Assembly: GCF_006345805.1 (NCBI RefSeq)
Contig: NC_043004.1
Coordinates: 22,692,001 to 22,756,000 of the forward strand
Direction: 5' to 3'
DNA from: Octopus sinensis
Taxonomy: Eukaryota
Length of the DNA: 64,000 nt
Under the pieces are notes generated by a model that did not search any database, was not told the DNA's origin, and saw only the letters and a program-made list of their open reading frames with translations. Position 1 is the first letter of the stretch; every line of letters begins with the position of its first letter. Made by a program: the position numbers and the translations under genes. Below are positions 1 to 14,799 of the stretch, piece after piece.

Positions 1-334
1 GTTTTATGTATGTTAGTGTTATGAAATGACTCTGAGTGATGTCCGTGTGATTATATATGTATTCTACTAGTGCGTTATGCTTTGTGAAGTTTCTTTTTGT
101 TGTTGCTTTCGATTTGTAAGCATGATGTATTTGCTTGTGTTTTTGCTGTTGGCTGCATAATAGGAGTTGTGATGGTGATGATGGTGTTGTTAATGTTGGT
201 GTTGTTATTGAAGGTGGTGCTGGTATGTCTCTGTCAAGCATGCATAAAATTAAAAGTGAACGAACATAATTTTGCCGCCGTGGTTCCTACACTTTTTGTG
301 GGTCGATTAAATTAAGGAACAGTCGAATACTTGG

Positions 335-545
335 ATCGATGAAGGAATACAAAGAATGTACCTTCCCCTACGTTGCTATACCTGCAACTCGGAATATTGT
401 GTAGACAGAGAATGAAAAGTAGCAACACTTGGAAGTGGATAAGAAACGCCCCTGTAGAGCCTCAAACGTGAGCGTGATACATATCGTTGTCGGTTCACTT
501 GGAATCACCTCAAAGAAAGCAATATTCTGGCATGAAAAGCAGTAA
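335..545 (+). mobile_element. Decayed non-LTR retrotransposon fragment, restriction-like endonuclease (REL) region, R4/Dong-like
   Basis: Manual translation gives EYKECTFPYVAIPATRNIV*TENEK...VSVIHIVVGSLGITSKK. This matches the C-terminal REL pattern (xxIDVAIP...EK..KY...V.PIVVGALG) of REL-type LINEs. Contains an in-frame stop. Confidence 0.55.
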
Positions 546-616
546 ATATCAAACTATCGGAATTAGGGATTTTAAGCTGGAAGTACTTTCATCCGGTTGA
601 AAGGGTGATTGATTTG

Positions 617-1348
<732 letters not shown>

Positions 1349-1351
1349 GCA

Positions 1352-1465
1352 ACAACTGAGTATCAAATTTTGGCACAATGCTAGCAATTTCAAGGTAAGC
1401 AGTTTAGTCGATTACATTGACCCTAATATTCGACTGCTGCTTAATTTAATCGAACCCGAAAATAT
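1352..1465 (-). mobile_element. tRNA-derived SINE family A, 3' fragment
   Basis: TCAAATTTTGGCACAATGCTAGCAATTTC...GTCGATTACATTGACC is the reverse complement of the 3' part of the copies at 25440 and 44630. Confidence 0.75.
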
Positions 1466-4400
1466 ATAAGAACCACTACGGGAGAATAGAGTGTTCGGCG
1501 CTAATATTATGCATGATTAACAAAGACAAATATTATTCTTGAAGAGGAATTTGCAAAGGGTTTTACACCTTGAAACAAAAACACGGAATTTTAAAGGACA
1601 TCTGCTTTATATGAAAACACAGCAACAAAGAAAGAATATGTAAAAGTCACAAACCTATATTCATATATGTATGTGTTTTTTTTTCTCTCTGCGATTGGAC
1701 AGCTTAATATCTAATACCATTTTATGTGCAATGCCCATGCACATACATAAACATATATTCTTGGTGTGCCTTTTCCTCTTACACCATTGCCAGATGGTAT
1801 CTTATCTCTTCATAGAATAATGACAAATTTGAGGTTATTTAGTTTATGCGTAGTGTACAAGCAAAAACTACCGAAACTAATAAATATGATATTAATGTGA
1901 GTGTTATTTGAAATTATGATACGTAGGCATAACAATAAGAAAATATAAACGTGACATAAAAATTTTTGAATTAGAAAAGATAAGAAGAAAGCGATATAAA
2001 GAGAACTGAAAAAAAATACAAGATAGAAATTAGATTTTTAAATATCGAATATAAGATTAATCATTTTTAAAAATGTTAGAATAGAAATTATAAAGGTAGT
2101 TATATATTTTATTCAAATAGTAAGCTATGTTTTCCGGTGAATATACATCGTAGCAGTCATAGGAATTCCGTATGGGTTCATGTTTTCGTATTTCATACTA
2201 GAGATTTTACGTTAAGTAGTAAGAATTTTTCTAATCAGTTACATTGAGTAAGTGTATTTCAGATTTCTGTTTCTACTGTCGGAAAATATCAAAATATTTC
2301 GGTTACTTTTAACCGAAAGGTAACGTGTTGTATAAAAAGAATTAATTCAAACTGATGCTGCCAGCAAATTAATTTACAAACTCTATGCAGATGTCGCTGT
2401 TTAAAATTATTGATATCTAAGTGATATATCAAAATGAATTGAACAATATCATAAGAAATGTCATACCGTTTTACATATACGAGTGAAACCGGAAGTTATT
2501 TACCAATCAACGTCTCCACTCCACAGAGGTAAGTCTGAAAGAAGACATACCATTTTCTTAGAAAAGAAAACAGAAAGAAAAATATTTTTAAGCAACGTTA
2601 CCAAGCGAATGTTGCAGAAAGTAAGAATAATACAATTATCAAAATATTTCAGCTATTTATAGTTGTATTAATTATCTTTTAATAAATGAGCGATCGTGGG
2701 AATTGAGCAATATGGCGTTAGTTCTCCTGAGAGGCTGACTGTAGATTCAATATTTATATCATTACTTCTTTCTGCTTGTGTATTTGATTAGCATTGTAAA
2801 GGAAGCTCTATTATCAGACTATATACTTTCTTGCTACGTGAGGATCAAAATTTATAGCATATATCTTCCTATTTGTCCCTTGATATTATGTATAATCAAT
2901 ATTGGATATTTCATAGCTGTAGAAAAATTTTATAAGTCATTGTAAATAATTATTAGTCCTTTTTGCATCAGGTATTTTTACAAACGCATTAGATACAATT
3001 ATTTAACTGCGGTTTTGTCGATTGATTCAGTTAATTAAGATAATCTCGTTTTTTAATACTTCATACTTTAGATAATTTTGCAAATATTTTATAAAAAACG
3101 CTCTCCTACATGTTTTTCAGATAAAGAAAAAATAATATAAAGGCAAATTTTGATGTTCCTAATATTAGCTAATTAAAAGTATCCACTATTAATTTATTTA
3201 CTGCCGAACTACTAAAACTAAAATTGCAAATAATTGACAAGTGATTAAACATAATATTCATAAATAACCAATATTTCTTACTTATTTCAGCAAGGAAAGA
3301 AACAATTCCCTCTTCTTTTCTGAATTATTATGATCTCATCAACGAAATAGACATTTTAAATGAAAGTATTTATATGCTGTCTTCATTAGAATTGTTGGTT
3401 AGCTATTGTTAACACGATTAATGCATGAAGTTTCAAAATTATAATCAAGATTAATTATTGTCATGTTTTTATGCAATGTGTAGTAAATATATCAACAATA
3501 ACTGTGTTATTGTTATTCATGCAGATGGTGTCTATTAATAATTGTTGATAGAGAAAGCTTTAAAATACGGTTAATGCTTACTCCTATAAAATATTGAACT
3601 AATTCTTTCATCACTAATGCGCTAAGTACAAGACTATAATTCATTGACGAGGTCAAAGAGGGCTAAAACACCTCCGGTAGAGTCTCCTATGATTGCTTGA
3701 AGAATTTTAAATAACGTGTTATCCAGGTAACGTATGTTCTTTACCACTTAAATATTTCACCACTTATATATTTAATTGCCATTCAAGTGTTATCTACATC
3801 AAATATATTAGGAACAACTTCACATTACAAACATATTAACTATACAGACAGTCGACCCAAACTTATACTTAGTGTATGAATAGATTCCATAACAATTCAG
3901 ATAATTGAAAGCAGAAAAGTAAAATGTAAAATTCAATATTGAAGTATTTTGTCTGTTATCAAATGAAATGACAGCTGTTTTTGTTTGAATAGATATTAAT
4001 CAGACATACACAGACATATGGAAATTATTCGATATTAGTGATTGCGTAACTGACAATCACGGAATATAACTTCAAAGCGGAAAACTTTGATGTACTATTT
4101 TTAGAACATATTGAAAAACAAGTCCGAACGAAAAGCGTTTTCGAAGTGAGCTGCTGTAGTATATTGGGTTAGAGCACTCCGCTACAGCTGAAAAAGAGAG
4201 GCATAGATTTATCTTAATAATACTTGATGATAATAAATTGCCTGAAAATTAAAATGAATATACAGTTTCAATAGAAAATACAAGAGGTTTTGTGGCGTAC
4301 GTGTGTTTTGGCTTGGTAAATAATGTCCAACAATACAAGAAGATTAACTCTGTCACGAAAATAATTTTATTGACAACAAAAGTCGTTTTATGTATATATT

Positions 4401-5446
4401 GACACTGTATATTTCCTTGTTCGTTTATCCGACTGATAAGAAACGTGACCGAGCAGAGTATGAAAGATAAAGAATAAGGACTTGCGAAACAAACATTCGA
4501 TATTCAGCAAAGTATAATGTTTAAATAGAATAGAATTCCAGAACTTTTAACAGTCTTTTGTATGATATTTCTTCAAACTTTTAATAACCAACATATACAA
4601 CTTCACTTAAACATAATGTGCCAAAAATGCCTTTATGTAAGATCTAATGATCTTTAGATAAACTTATACTTTGAGGTTAATAGTAAAGAAGCAAGTTGGG
4701 TAACGTAAATAAATAATATATTACAGTCACTTTACAGTTGAAGACCACGAGCTGATTAATAATCTAGAATGGTTTACAAGTGTATATATAACAAAGAAAT
4801 GTATAGGCGAATGGGTAAAACTAGACATGTCATAGATCAAAATGCGTGACTAATATCAAAAACTTGCTTTTCATTGAAGTTTCTTCAACATATGTTTGTT
4901 ATTAAAACTTTCTCCTCATTCACAAAGATATTAAGCTTCAACTTTTGAATTACATATTTTCTGAAATGGTGATATCACAAAAATATTCATATGAAAACTA
5001 CATTATCAAATGATAAAAATAAATTAAATAAGATTTGAATGAAATATTCAATCATTGATATCAAATGGAAGATCTTAGAGTAATATTAAATATCTACTCT
5101 AATTAACAAGATACTCCAACCAAATCATAGATCGATTTCTGAACATTTCTGTCAAATTCCGCTCTAACCAAACTGAATGAAAACTCGCCTTTTTCACCAC
5201 ATCAATAACAGCAATGATAATTATAAACTGCACTATAATTATAGTTATATTTCTCATTACTGGAGCAAAGCTGAAAAGATCTATTCAATTATATTCTCAG
5301 AAGATATAATCAGCAGAATAATTACTCGTCCAAAACATGTTAGTAAATATATTCGAAGTTAGGCAAGAATGATAAACACTTATATCGGTCATCTTTGAGG
5401 CTAGGCTATTTCACATATACTCAATAATTTCCTACTGATATATAAG

Positions 5447-5543
<97 letters not shown>

Positions 5544-5689
5544 ATGCATATACGTACGCACACGCACACACAAACATACGTTTATATAAGTATATGTATG
5601 TCCGGTTTCAGAATGGGAGGGACTTTCACAACGGGGTTGTAGAATTTATATTTTGTATGATGATGATGATGGGGAGGATGATTTCAAAG

Positions 5690-6930
5690 TTTGATATAAG
5701 GCCAACAGTTTCGGGGAAACAGAATGCTAAGTTAGAATATCCACTGGCCGTATTATCCGACTGTCCAGAGAGCACTTAAGGTGTCAGGCGATCTGCCTCA
5801 GTGAACGCTTCACCAAGTTCCCCATCTCTGCCAAAGATATGTGGTAAAGTACATTTAAAACACGGAGATCTAATCCGTTCACCGTCAGGAGAATTCTGGA
5901 CAGTTCACAGACTTCGCATGTTTGTGAATCATTGCAAAAGATATCCAGTTTTCTACTTCATTGATGCTGAGAGTAAGTGAACTGCAAGATCAGCGGAAGT
6001 CGTTCCCTCTACAGAAACCAGAGTGGCCAGCCCAGCCCAGCCCTGAAACAGAGCAAGACATGTCGGACAGGTAAAAAGCAAATGGCGGATTTGATATATG
6101 TATTTACCAGCTCGATCAAACCCTTCGGGAATAGTTCCTAATCGGCCCATCATTGCGTGAGAGTAGCCACCTTGCTCTTCTTTCCTTCCCAATTGTTTAC
6201 CCCGTGAAGATCTGAACCACAGTTAGTTTAGCCAATCCGTCTATCCAGCGCCCTAAGTCACTGTTGAATTGCATAGACTTGTATCTCGCCGCCTGTATAT
6301 GCAAGCACGGATTTTCTGGTTTCTGGTTTTGTAAGAATGCCTCGCAAAACTTTCAAATTCTGCAGTTGTGGTTCTTAGATATATGTACTAAAGTGGAGAG
6401 AGGCGCCAACCCTTACCAACCGACCGCATTATACTGCACAGTCATAACTGGTGGCCATTTAATCTGACCACCAAGCATATGTTGCTCTATACTGCAGCCA
6501 GCGATTCAACTCCTGGAAATCCGTCCTAAAGCTGCCACAAGTCCGGCATCCGTCAACTATTAACGATTCACTCTATTGAAATCTTTCTAGTTATCTAAAT
6601 TGATCAGAATTCCACTCATGCTACGCTCTTTAGTCATCCTGTTTGAAATTTATCGTGTGAAGTAGAGTCTAACGTGATAAGATATGCTTGGAATGGCACA
6701 TGTTTGCCCTCAACTACTATAGTATCGACGAGAAGTACCGCCTTCTTAGCTATCGTTTTGCCAATAATTTTATCAGAATATCTCAGCAGCAACCCGACAG
6801 CAACACTACACTTGTTGTCTATCAGCTGGCACCACATAATCTGATCATACGTCTGAGATTCTCTTCCAGTGTCCCCAAACCACAAAAAATCAGAAGGTGC
6901 TCCTGTTGTTCTTTCTGTTGTTTCCATTGC
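5690..6930 (-). mobile_element. Heavily decayed, internally deleted L1/Tx1-like LINE relic (APE endonuclease, RT and C-terminal pieces)
   Basis: Minus-strand translation shows an APE-like segment (SVAVGLLLRYSDKII...VVEGKHVPFQAYL), RT motifs GILINLDN*KDFNRVN (cf. ALINLDQSKAFDRVD) and VVRLNGH...IMRSVGKGWRLSPL (cf. RSVRQGCPLSPL), and a C-terminal HLLFTCP. Many stops and frameshifts. Confidence 0.8.
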
Positions 6931-8811
6931 TCTTGATTTTGTTTTTGTTTTTCCGTAAAGAAGCTTAGTCAGGCATAGTTATAATCATACGTTACATCCG
7001 TCACTATTCAGTCTCTTTAGGAATTCCAGTGAGTAGGATTGCCTTTGTTTTCTAGACATTAAGTTACAGATTGATCTAGACATGGCTCTAAACAGAATAT
7101 TCATGTCGAGCCTCTCTTTTTCGTTCAGGTGTTATACTTTACATATTTCTCATTTGATTCATATAAATTCATGAAAAACGTAAAATAGATATGAGCAAGC
7201 ATAATTTATATACTTTCAGAAAATGTGTTAATAACATATTTTTATAAACAATTTGTTGGAGCTCTTTGATATTTGTCACCTCGCTACAATTTTGTTTATT
7301 TGAATTACTGACAATTGTTTCAAATTCGAATCTAGAAACCTGACTGGCGTTAATATAGCCACAATAAGTTATTGATTTTTTACATTGCACCTTTTACACC
7401 GATTAATGAGTGTATTGATTGACTGGAAATGTGGAGAGAAAATAATGGCAGATATAATTAAATAAGGGAAATATTGTGCATCTCATTCTTTGCTTCTTTA
7501 AACAATATGATATAGTCCTCCTTTCAACGGAAGACTGAATTCACAGATGTATGAATGCATTATTTACCTCTAGAGCTTTTTAACCAATTAGTGATCGCTC
7601 AATGGAAAAATACTTTTTATACCTGATTGTTTTAATATATAGGAAACATGGCATGGTGCTGTGTGAGGTTACTGCCAGGATATTGCTATAAGATTATACT
7701 AAAAATGTTCTATCATCGCACACATGACAAAACATAAAGACTGTTATACAAAAAGAAAGCCATACTCTCTCCATTTATATGCTTATTGCAGTTTATTTCA
7801 AACTGAGACTTGAAATAGATTACTACTTTAATAATAATTATGTATTGGAATTACTCTTTCATCTTCGTCCTTTTTATATAGTTTTATATTGTTGATAGCA
7901 CGTGTGGAAACCTTATACGAACGTATACACATATACATGTGCGTGTTTGCTAATTGAGAGTGGTGATAATGAGACAAAATATATGAGCGTGTTTTTTTTT
8001 CTGTTAGCAGAAAATATATATATGGATTATATCCATTCCTGATATACAATGATAAACGTACTTTCATCAACGTAGCTAGCTGGTGTCATTGCTCCTTCAG
8101 ATATTTATTCTAATTTATAGAACTTTAGTGTAATCAATAGATAACGATACCAATATGTTGCATAATGTTGGCATACGAATAATAGTGTTGCTGCTGGACC
8201 GAGCCTCTTCACTGCCTCTCGTAATAGATTCATTGTTCTATTTAATATCAAAGGAAAAAGCTTTACTGAGAGTGTGTTTACGGAATATATCGTTTTCATC
8301 CTCGAAATTATAATAGGTGAAAAGATAGCCATGTTCTACTACATTATGGCGATGCCGTTGCAAGAGAGGGACACCAACCGTCCTTCTGTCCTTTGTAACA
8401 TCATTCATGATAGGGTGATTATATCCCCCATTTCTAAATCCTTCTTTAAGCTTCTCTATATTTATAGGATTGCTTGTGAAGAAAATATATATTAGATGAA
8501 GGTGTGTATGAATATAAGCAAACGTATAACTTGCATAACTAAAAGGAAGTGGACAATGTGTTACTGGCTTTTATATACATACATATGTTTTTATTTTATT
8601 AGGTATAAATCTTCATTGCTAGAAACAAAGGTAGATTTCATCTGATATCTAGCCATATAACATTACAATGGTTTCGTATGCAGATATTGTTCAAAAGATG
8701 GAGATTACATTATACTATATATAACATAAATGGTATTTGATACACATCCGCACACACACACACGCACACGCCTCCACCCCCACCCCCACTATATATATAT
8801 ATATATATATA

Positions 8812-9605
8812 ACAGGTTTCTTTGATTTTTGCCTACTAAACCCACTCGCAAGGTTTTGGTCGACAGCTGCATTTACTTCTTGGGGAAAAGATAGAAGTTC
8901 GCTGATACTAAATCTGGCGAATAGGGCGGGTGCGATACCATGTTGCTTTTGACGAGAAACTCACGAGTGAGTAGAACTCGGTGACAGGGTGCATTGTCGT
9001 CGTGAAAGATCCAATTCTTTGCGATCCGCAGATCCGGACGCTTTCGCAGAATGTCTTTCCTCAAACGCTTCAAAATGGCGGTGATTGTCCTCCGACGACC
9101 CTCATGTGTGCGGACGAATTTCCTCCACATTTTCAGGGTTCATGCTAGTGACAGGTATTACAGATCGCTCATCGTCTTCTAGGGATGTTCTTCCACTTTT
9201 GAAGAAACTGTGTCACTCGAAGGATTGTATAATCCCCATTGCCTAGTCGCCGTAACCTTGCCGAAGCATGTTCAATGACTCTGTTCCAAACTTTGCACTT
9301 TGTTCCAACTTCCTGTTCGTGACAAAAATCTCAGACTGCAGCATACACGTGATCACAAAACACATCTTTCATAACTTGCGAAATGAACACAGCAATGTCA
9401 CTCGGCACACTGCATCCTGAAGATCACTGCTAGATCTCATTGCGCACGTAATCGTATGCTACTAGTTGTTGACTTGCTACAGAACTAGTCTGGGAACCTT
9501 TCGATACCATCTCGTAGTAGAAAACACTTGCCAAGGTGCCACGCAGTGGGACTGAACACGGAACCATATAGTTTGAAATCAAGCTTCTTACAACACAGCC
9601 ACGAC
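8812..9605 (-). mobile_element. tRNA-derived SINE family B, split by a mariner insertion (pieces 8812-8868 and 9517-9605)
   Basis: The two pieces are consecutive parts of the SINE seen intact at 28501-28950. Confidence 0.75.
8873..9516 (-). mobile_element. Internally deleted mariner transposon relic with one TIR
   Basis: ORF 8873-9130 contains LKRLRKDILRKRPDL...WIFHDDNAPCH...HPPYSPDLVSANFYLFPK, the mariner DD34D-region motifs. An N-terminal piece reads FKSGRTSLEDDERS. A TIR-like end TACGAGATGGTATCGAAAGGTTCCCAGACTAG (minus strand) ends at TA 9515-9516. Confidence 0.93.
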
Positions 9606-9680
<75 letters not shown>

Positions 9681-9875
9681 GAGGGCTTTAGTTTACTGAT
9701 GATCTAAACCGAGAGAGACGTTGCAGAAGTGAAAATATTGGTCATCTGTTAGTTTCCAAGTTCACAACTGAAGCTGGAGCTACGGATCCGCAGTAGGCTT
9801 CCGTGTCATAGAGTATATATTAGAGGAAAAGGAAAAAAAGCCACGTTAGGAGAGCCTCTCAAGTCATTTAGAATA

Positions 9876-9911
<36 letters not shown>

Positions 9912-9912
<1 letters not shown>

Positions 9913-10293
9913 GAGCCAAACGCCCCACCCCCGTCCAATGGACGATGCTGCGTTGTCAAACATTTAAACCAAATTTTCTCAAGACAACTTGTCCGACCGT
10001 CCCTCTTTTTGGCATTATTTCAAGCCAGCCGGCTTTTTTTGTGCAAACCACACGTGCATTTTTCTCGCGTACGCGTAGTATCGATCACAACAGCTGATGT
10101 ACTTGAGCGTACAAACATGCGTTCTCACGGCTTTATCGATCGTATTCTCACCTGGAATTGATTATTGTAATTTTGTCAAGACTTATACACGCCCTGATAC
10201 CGTCGGTATCTACATATCAAATTTGAGCGCAATCGGCTGGAGGATGCCCAACATCTTAGAAGAGACACACAGACAGAACGGATTTTATATAAT
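9912..10293 (+). mobile_element. Putative Helentron/HINE (DINE-1-like) non-autonomous element
   Basis: Ends in CAAATTTGAGCGCAATCGG...ACACACAGACAGAACGGATTTTATATAATA, a terminus typical of HINE-like elements. Begins next to (TA)n and is GC-richer than its flanks. Assignment by recollection. Confidence 0.45.
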
Positions 10294-12220
10294 AGTTATA
10301 AAAAAGGATAATTCTAGCCCTGATACATCTTTCATCAATGGTTCTTACAACTGTTCTTACTGTTACTGTTTAGCACAGGCAATACCCAATGAAGAAAACC
10401 TGGGCTAATAAGTATTCTAATTGGGAATATCCTGTCTTCCCCCAGAGTACTATATCCTTTACTATGTCCGTCCACTTCTAAGCGGTTAGTTTATGCTTCC
10501 AAGTAAATATGGTGTGTTGTATCTGGTATATGGAGTGACCAGAACGAGATACCCTCGTTGGGTTGATTTGCAATATCGAAATTGCCGTGAGTATTTTTTA
10601 AAACAAATTTAGTGTTCTCATTGTCATTTCTAATGGCATATTAAACTATCGAACTTTTAATATAATATAGGAATGGTAGCTATAACCAAATGGTAGAAAT
10701 ATTTGCTTTTATGATTTTATTTTTAGACACAAATTGTCATAAACTGTGTGGAGATATTTGACTCAGTACTGACATTGGATAATCTGAATCGGTTAAGTAG
10801 TGGGAATATAAAATTGCGTTTGGAGCTCATATCCCGTAGCCGATTTTAACTTTACGTATAACATGATATCGATACAATTACAGCCAGTTAAAATGATCAA
10901 TGTAATCGACAAGAAATTTGTTACATAAAATGTTCTAATGTCATTTTAGTATCACACACATCGTAATTATTGTAAAATGGTAAAGAAATATTCTCCTTTC
11001 ATATTAATGAAAGGAGAACATTTCTGAGTGGCCACACATCTAAGAGAATTACGGCTCGTCATAAATGCGTAAATATTTAACAGAATCAGAACATCAAGTT
11101 AATTATGTGACCCATGGCGACCACTTACTTAAAATAGAATGCAATTTTAATCCATGGCTTTTTGCAGTAACATAAGTAGTAACACGGTGATTTAATCCAC
11201 AAATACCTGTATGTTTACGCTAAGTTTAACATTATAGAATGCATGGAATATTAAATAGTAAACTAGAAAGAAACTTGTAGTGAGATAGACAGCTTTATAT
11301 AAAAACATGCATACATGGTGGAGAGAAGATACTTAAGTTAGTGTAAAATATAGAATAAAGAATGTATTAAAGTCTAGCAAGAAATGACCAAGTGATGAAA
11401 TACATTGACAAATAGGAACGTACTTGAGTTAGTGTAGATGCTGAATGCAAGCGTCAAAATTCTAACTAGGAGTAATTATATGAGAGGAATATTGCTATGT
11501 AGATCATTATTTAGCCAGAATCTTTTATGTTGTAAGATCAAATTCCGATGAAGTGAAATTTGCTTATCAGTCTCACTGGTCGGTAAACAAATACTGTGTT
11601 TTACTGGAGTCTATGTAAGTAATTATCGCATGCACTTCCAAATTTGTGGCCTCATGTTTCGGAGAAAGCAATGTTGCAGTTCCCTATCAGAGGAATATTT
11701 ATATTATTTTGATTGTTTGTTGTTACACTCAAGAAACTGGAAAGAATATCGTATGGATATGCAATGCATCATCCACGACGATGCCTCTTTAACGATACGA
11801 GAAGCTAACAGCTCTTACAAAAAAATGGAATATGTAAGCTACAACGCCTCTTGTTTCCGTTCAATGCTTCATTTAGAAATGTCGGCAGATATTAAAATTC
11901 CGCTCTTTTCGTTTATAAAAGAAATTATGTACCTCTGCAAAACTAAATTGAGTGTGCTTAGCTTTCCGACATGATTAGCGTCAATGAGTTGGTTTTTGGC
12001 AAATTTCAATGGACCCCTTAAGTCTAATGTGATAAGTAAGTTTGTGAATGGGTAGGTGATTTGTAGTCGGTGGTTTGCCAGATAATAAGTATAGTATTTG
12101 CATAGCGTGTGAACAATTGCATATTAATTGGAATATAATTATTTCAATGTATGTATATATTATGTACAGGCTTTTGAAATATTTCCTTGATTAATCATAT
12201 GAATATATGTTTGAAATATA

Positions 12221-12257
<37 letters not shown>

Positions 12258-12337
12258 TATGGATTTGTATCTATATATACACATATAAATATATATGTAT
12301 ATACATACATATAAATATATATTTACACACACACATA

Positions 12338-12378
<41 letters not shown>

Positions 12379-12582
12379 TATATATATATACATACATACA
12401 TATATATATATAATATATATATATATATGTATGTATGTCTGTATACATATATATATATAAACCCACACACACATATATATGTGTGCAAATATATATTTCG
12501 ATAAACCTAGTGTTACAGAAAGTTCAAAGCCACGTCCAATCCATTATACATTATACGTATGTGTGTAATCCATTAAACGAGA

Positions 12583-12649
<67 letters not shown>

Positions 12650-13163
12650 TGAGCGCGCGTGTGCACGTGTGTGTTTGTGTATTTGTGCAGGTGCTTATAT
12701 ATTTTCGGATATATCTAATTGATGGTTGTTGTTGCTCCTTGTCACATCGATTTCCTCTATTGGCAGAGATTCAGATATTCGATTATTAATATGGCTCCAG
12801 TCTCACTACGATTCAGCTTAATGAAACATTTTTCAGATGTTTCGATAATCTTTGGTCTTTGCTGATTTGTAAACATGGAGATATGATCAAACATCTATCA
12901 TGAGTATATATATTCCGCAACATGCTTCAATATCACCCAACAATATCACCCATTCTTTATAATAACTAGAACTATACTAACTGTTTGTATTACATATGTT
13001 TCCTTCGCTATGCACCATAATCATATTCGGTTCCATTTCAACAACTACACTATTTATTTCGTATTCGTGCAGTTTGCTTACCGCTCAAGTGTTATGTGTT
13101 ATTCTAATAAGTCATGGATTCATTTCACAGCATGTGTATCTATCTATCTACCTATCTACCTAC

Positions 13164-13230
<67 letters not shown>

Positions 13231-13243
13231 ACTACATATATAT

Positions 13244-13293
<50 letters not shown>

Positions 13294-13345
13294 GTTGCCC
13301 GTCTGGCTATCTACCTATTTATCTAGCTATCCATCTCTCTCTCTC

Positions 13346-13399
<54 letters not shown>

Positions 13400-13546
13400 T
13401 ATACATGTACATCAATACACATCACGTAAAGGATACCACCAACAAGCGAAAAACACGACAGACAAGTACAGGATAAAGTACCAAAAAAGCACAAAATAAG
13501 AACAAAATATATCAACAAGAAGCACACGTATGTATACACAGAAACA

Positions 13547-13595
<49 letters not shown>

Positions 13596-13596
13596 T

Positions 13597-13643
<47 letters not shown>

Positions 13644-14139
13644 TATATATTTGTGTGTGTTTGTGTGTTGGTATTATACATATTCATATATATATTTTAC
13701 TGTGTTTGGGCGTGTTTGTATGTATGTATGTACAAGTTATAGCGATTTTCATCATTCGTATAAGTGATAGTAACGTTTTACTATTGATTAAAATGTTTTT
13801 TCGAAACAAACGCAAAATCTAGGCCATTATATCTTGTTGACATTTCAAGATTTCTATCAAAAATGTAAGTGAAGCAAAGCAGTAAAATTTACTGAAGTGG
13901 AAAACATATTAATTAGATGCATGAAGGCAGACAAAATACAATATTTTCCCCATCAATTAATGGAAAATTTATATCTAATTTATGTCTAGAGTGGGAGAGA
14001 GATGCACATAGATAGAAAAATATACAAAGAGATATATAAAAATATATAAATATATCAGGTAAAAGTAAAAGTTTCTTTCTTGAGCCATTCCAAATTATAA
14101 AGGTTGGTTTCCTGATTTCCATGGCCTATATATTTCTCA

Positions 14140-14310
14140 GATTGATGGTACGTCGGTCTGTCACGGGATTACTCATTTTTGCCAGCTGAGTAGACTGAGG
14201 CAACGTGAAATCAAGTGTTTTGCTCAAGAACACAATGCGTCGCCTACTCCAGTAATTGAACCCATTATCTTATATTCATGAGTCCAACACACTAAACTTT
14301 AAGCCACGGG
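14140..14310 (-). mobile_element. Degenerate tRNA-derived SINE (family C-like head and central domain)
   Basis: Minus strand reads ...GGGTTCAATTACTGGAG...TTGAGCAAAACACTTGATTTCACGTTGCCTCAGTCTACTCAGCTGGCAAAAATGAGTA: a B-box-like motif plus a conserved SINE central domain. Confidence 0.6.
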
Positions 14311-14344
14311 ACTTCACCTATACGCTCATACACACACATACAAT

Positions 14345-14555
14345 ATTCTTTTACTCTTTTATTTGTTTCAGTCACTTGACTGCGGCCATGCTAGAGCACC
14401 GTCTTTAGTCGAGCAAATCGACCCTAGGACTTATTCTTTGCAAGCCTAGTTCTTATTCAATTCCTCACTTTACCGAACCGCTAAGTTACGACGATGTAAA
14501 CATCAACATTATTGTCAAGCGAGGGTGGGAGGATAAACATTCACACAAACACACC
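14345..14555 (-). mobile_element. SINE family B, 3' half
   Basis: Reverse complement of 28745-28945 (GTTTCAGTCACTTGACTGCGGCCATGCTAGAGCACC...). Confidence 0.85.
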
Positions 14556-14768
14556 TACATATATATGCTCGCAATATGAGAGTAGAAAACAACCAACAAC
14601 TAATAAAGGGTCGTTCTTTATGTTATTTGTCTTCTTTTCTATTTGTGTCTTTCGGTGTTCGAAAAAATAGTCCACATTCCATATAGTCGTACGTTGTATG
14701 TTTTTGTTGTACACGTTCCATGACGTCATGTGCCCCACATATGCATATATATATATATATATACATAC

Positions 14769-14799
<31 letters not shown>

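Noticed and set aside
9696-9722. Fifth hammerhead motif
   Set aside because: CTGATGA and a 3-bp stem II are present, but GAAA is GAGA and stem I does not pair; noted only as degenerate.
11490-11974. Possible exons (donors GTAAGT at 11615 and GTAAGC at 11834; ORF 11630-11974)
   Set aside because: Acceptors are ambiguous, the peptides are unrecognisable, and the signals are compatible with chance.
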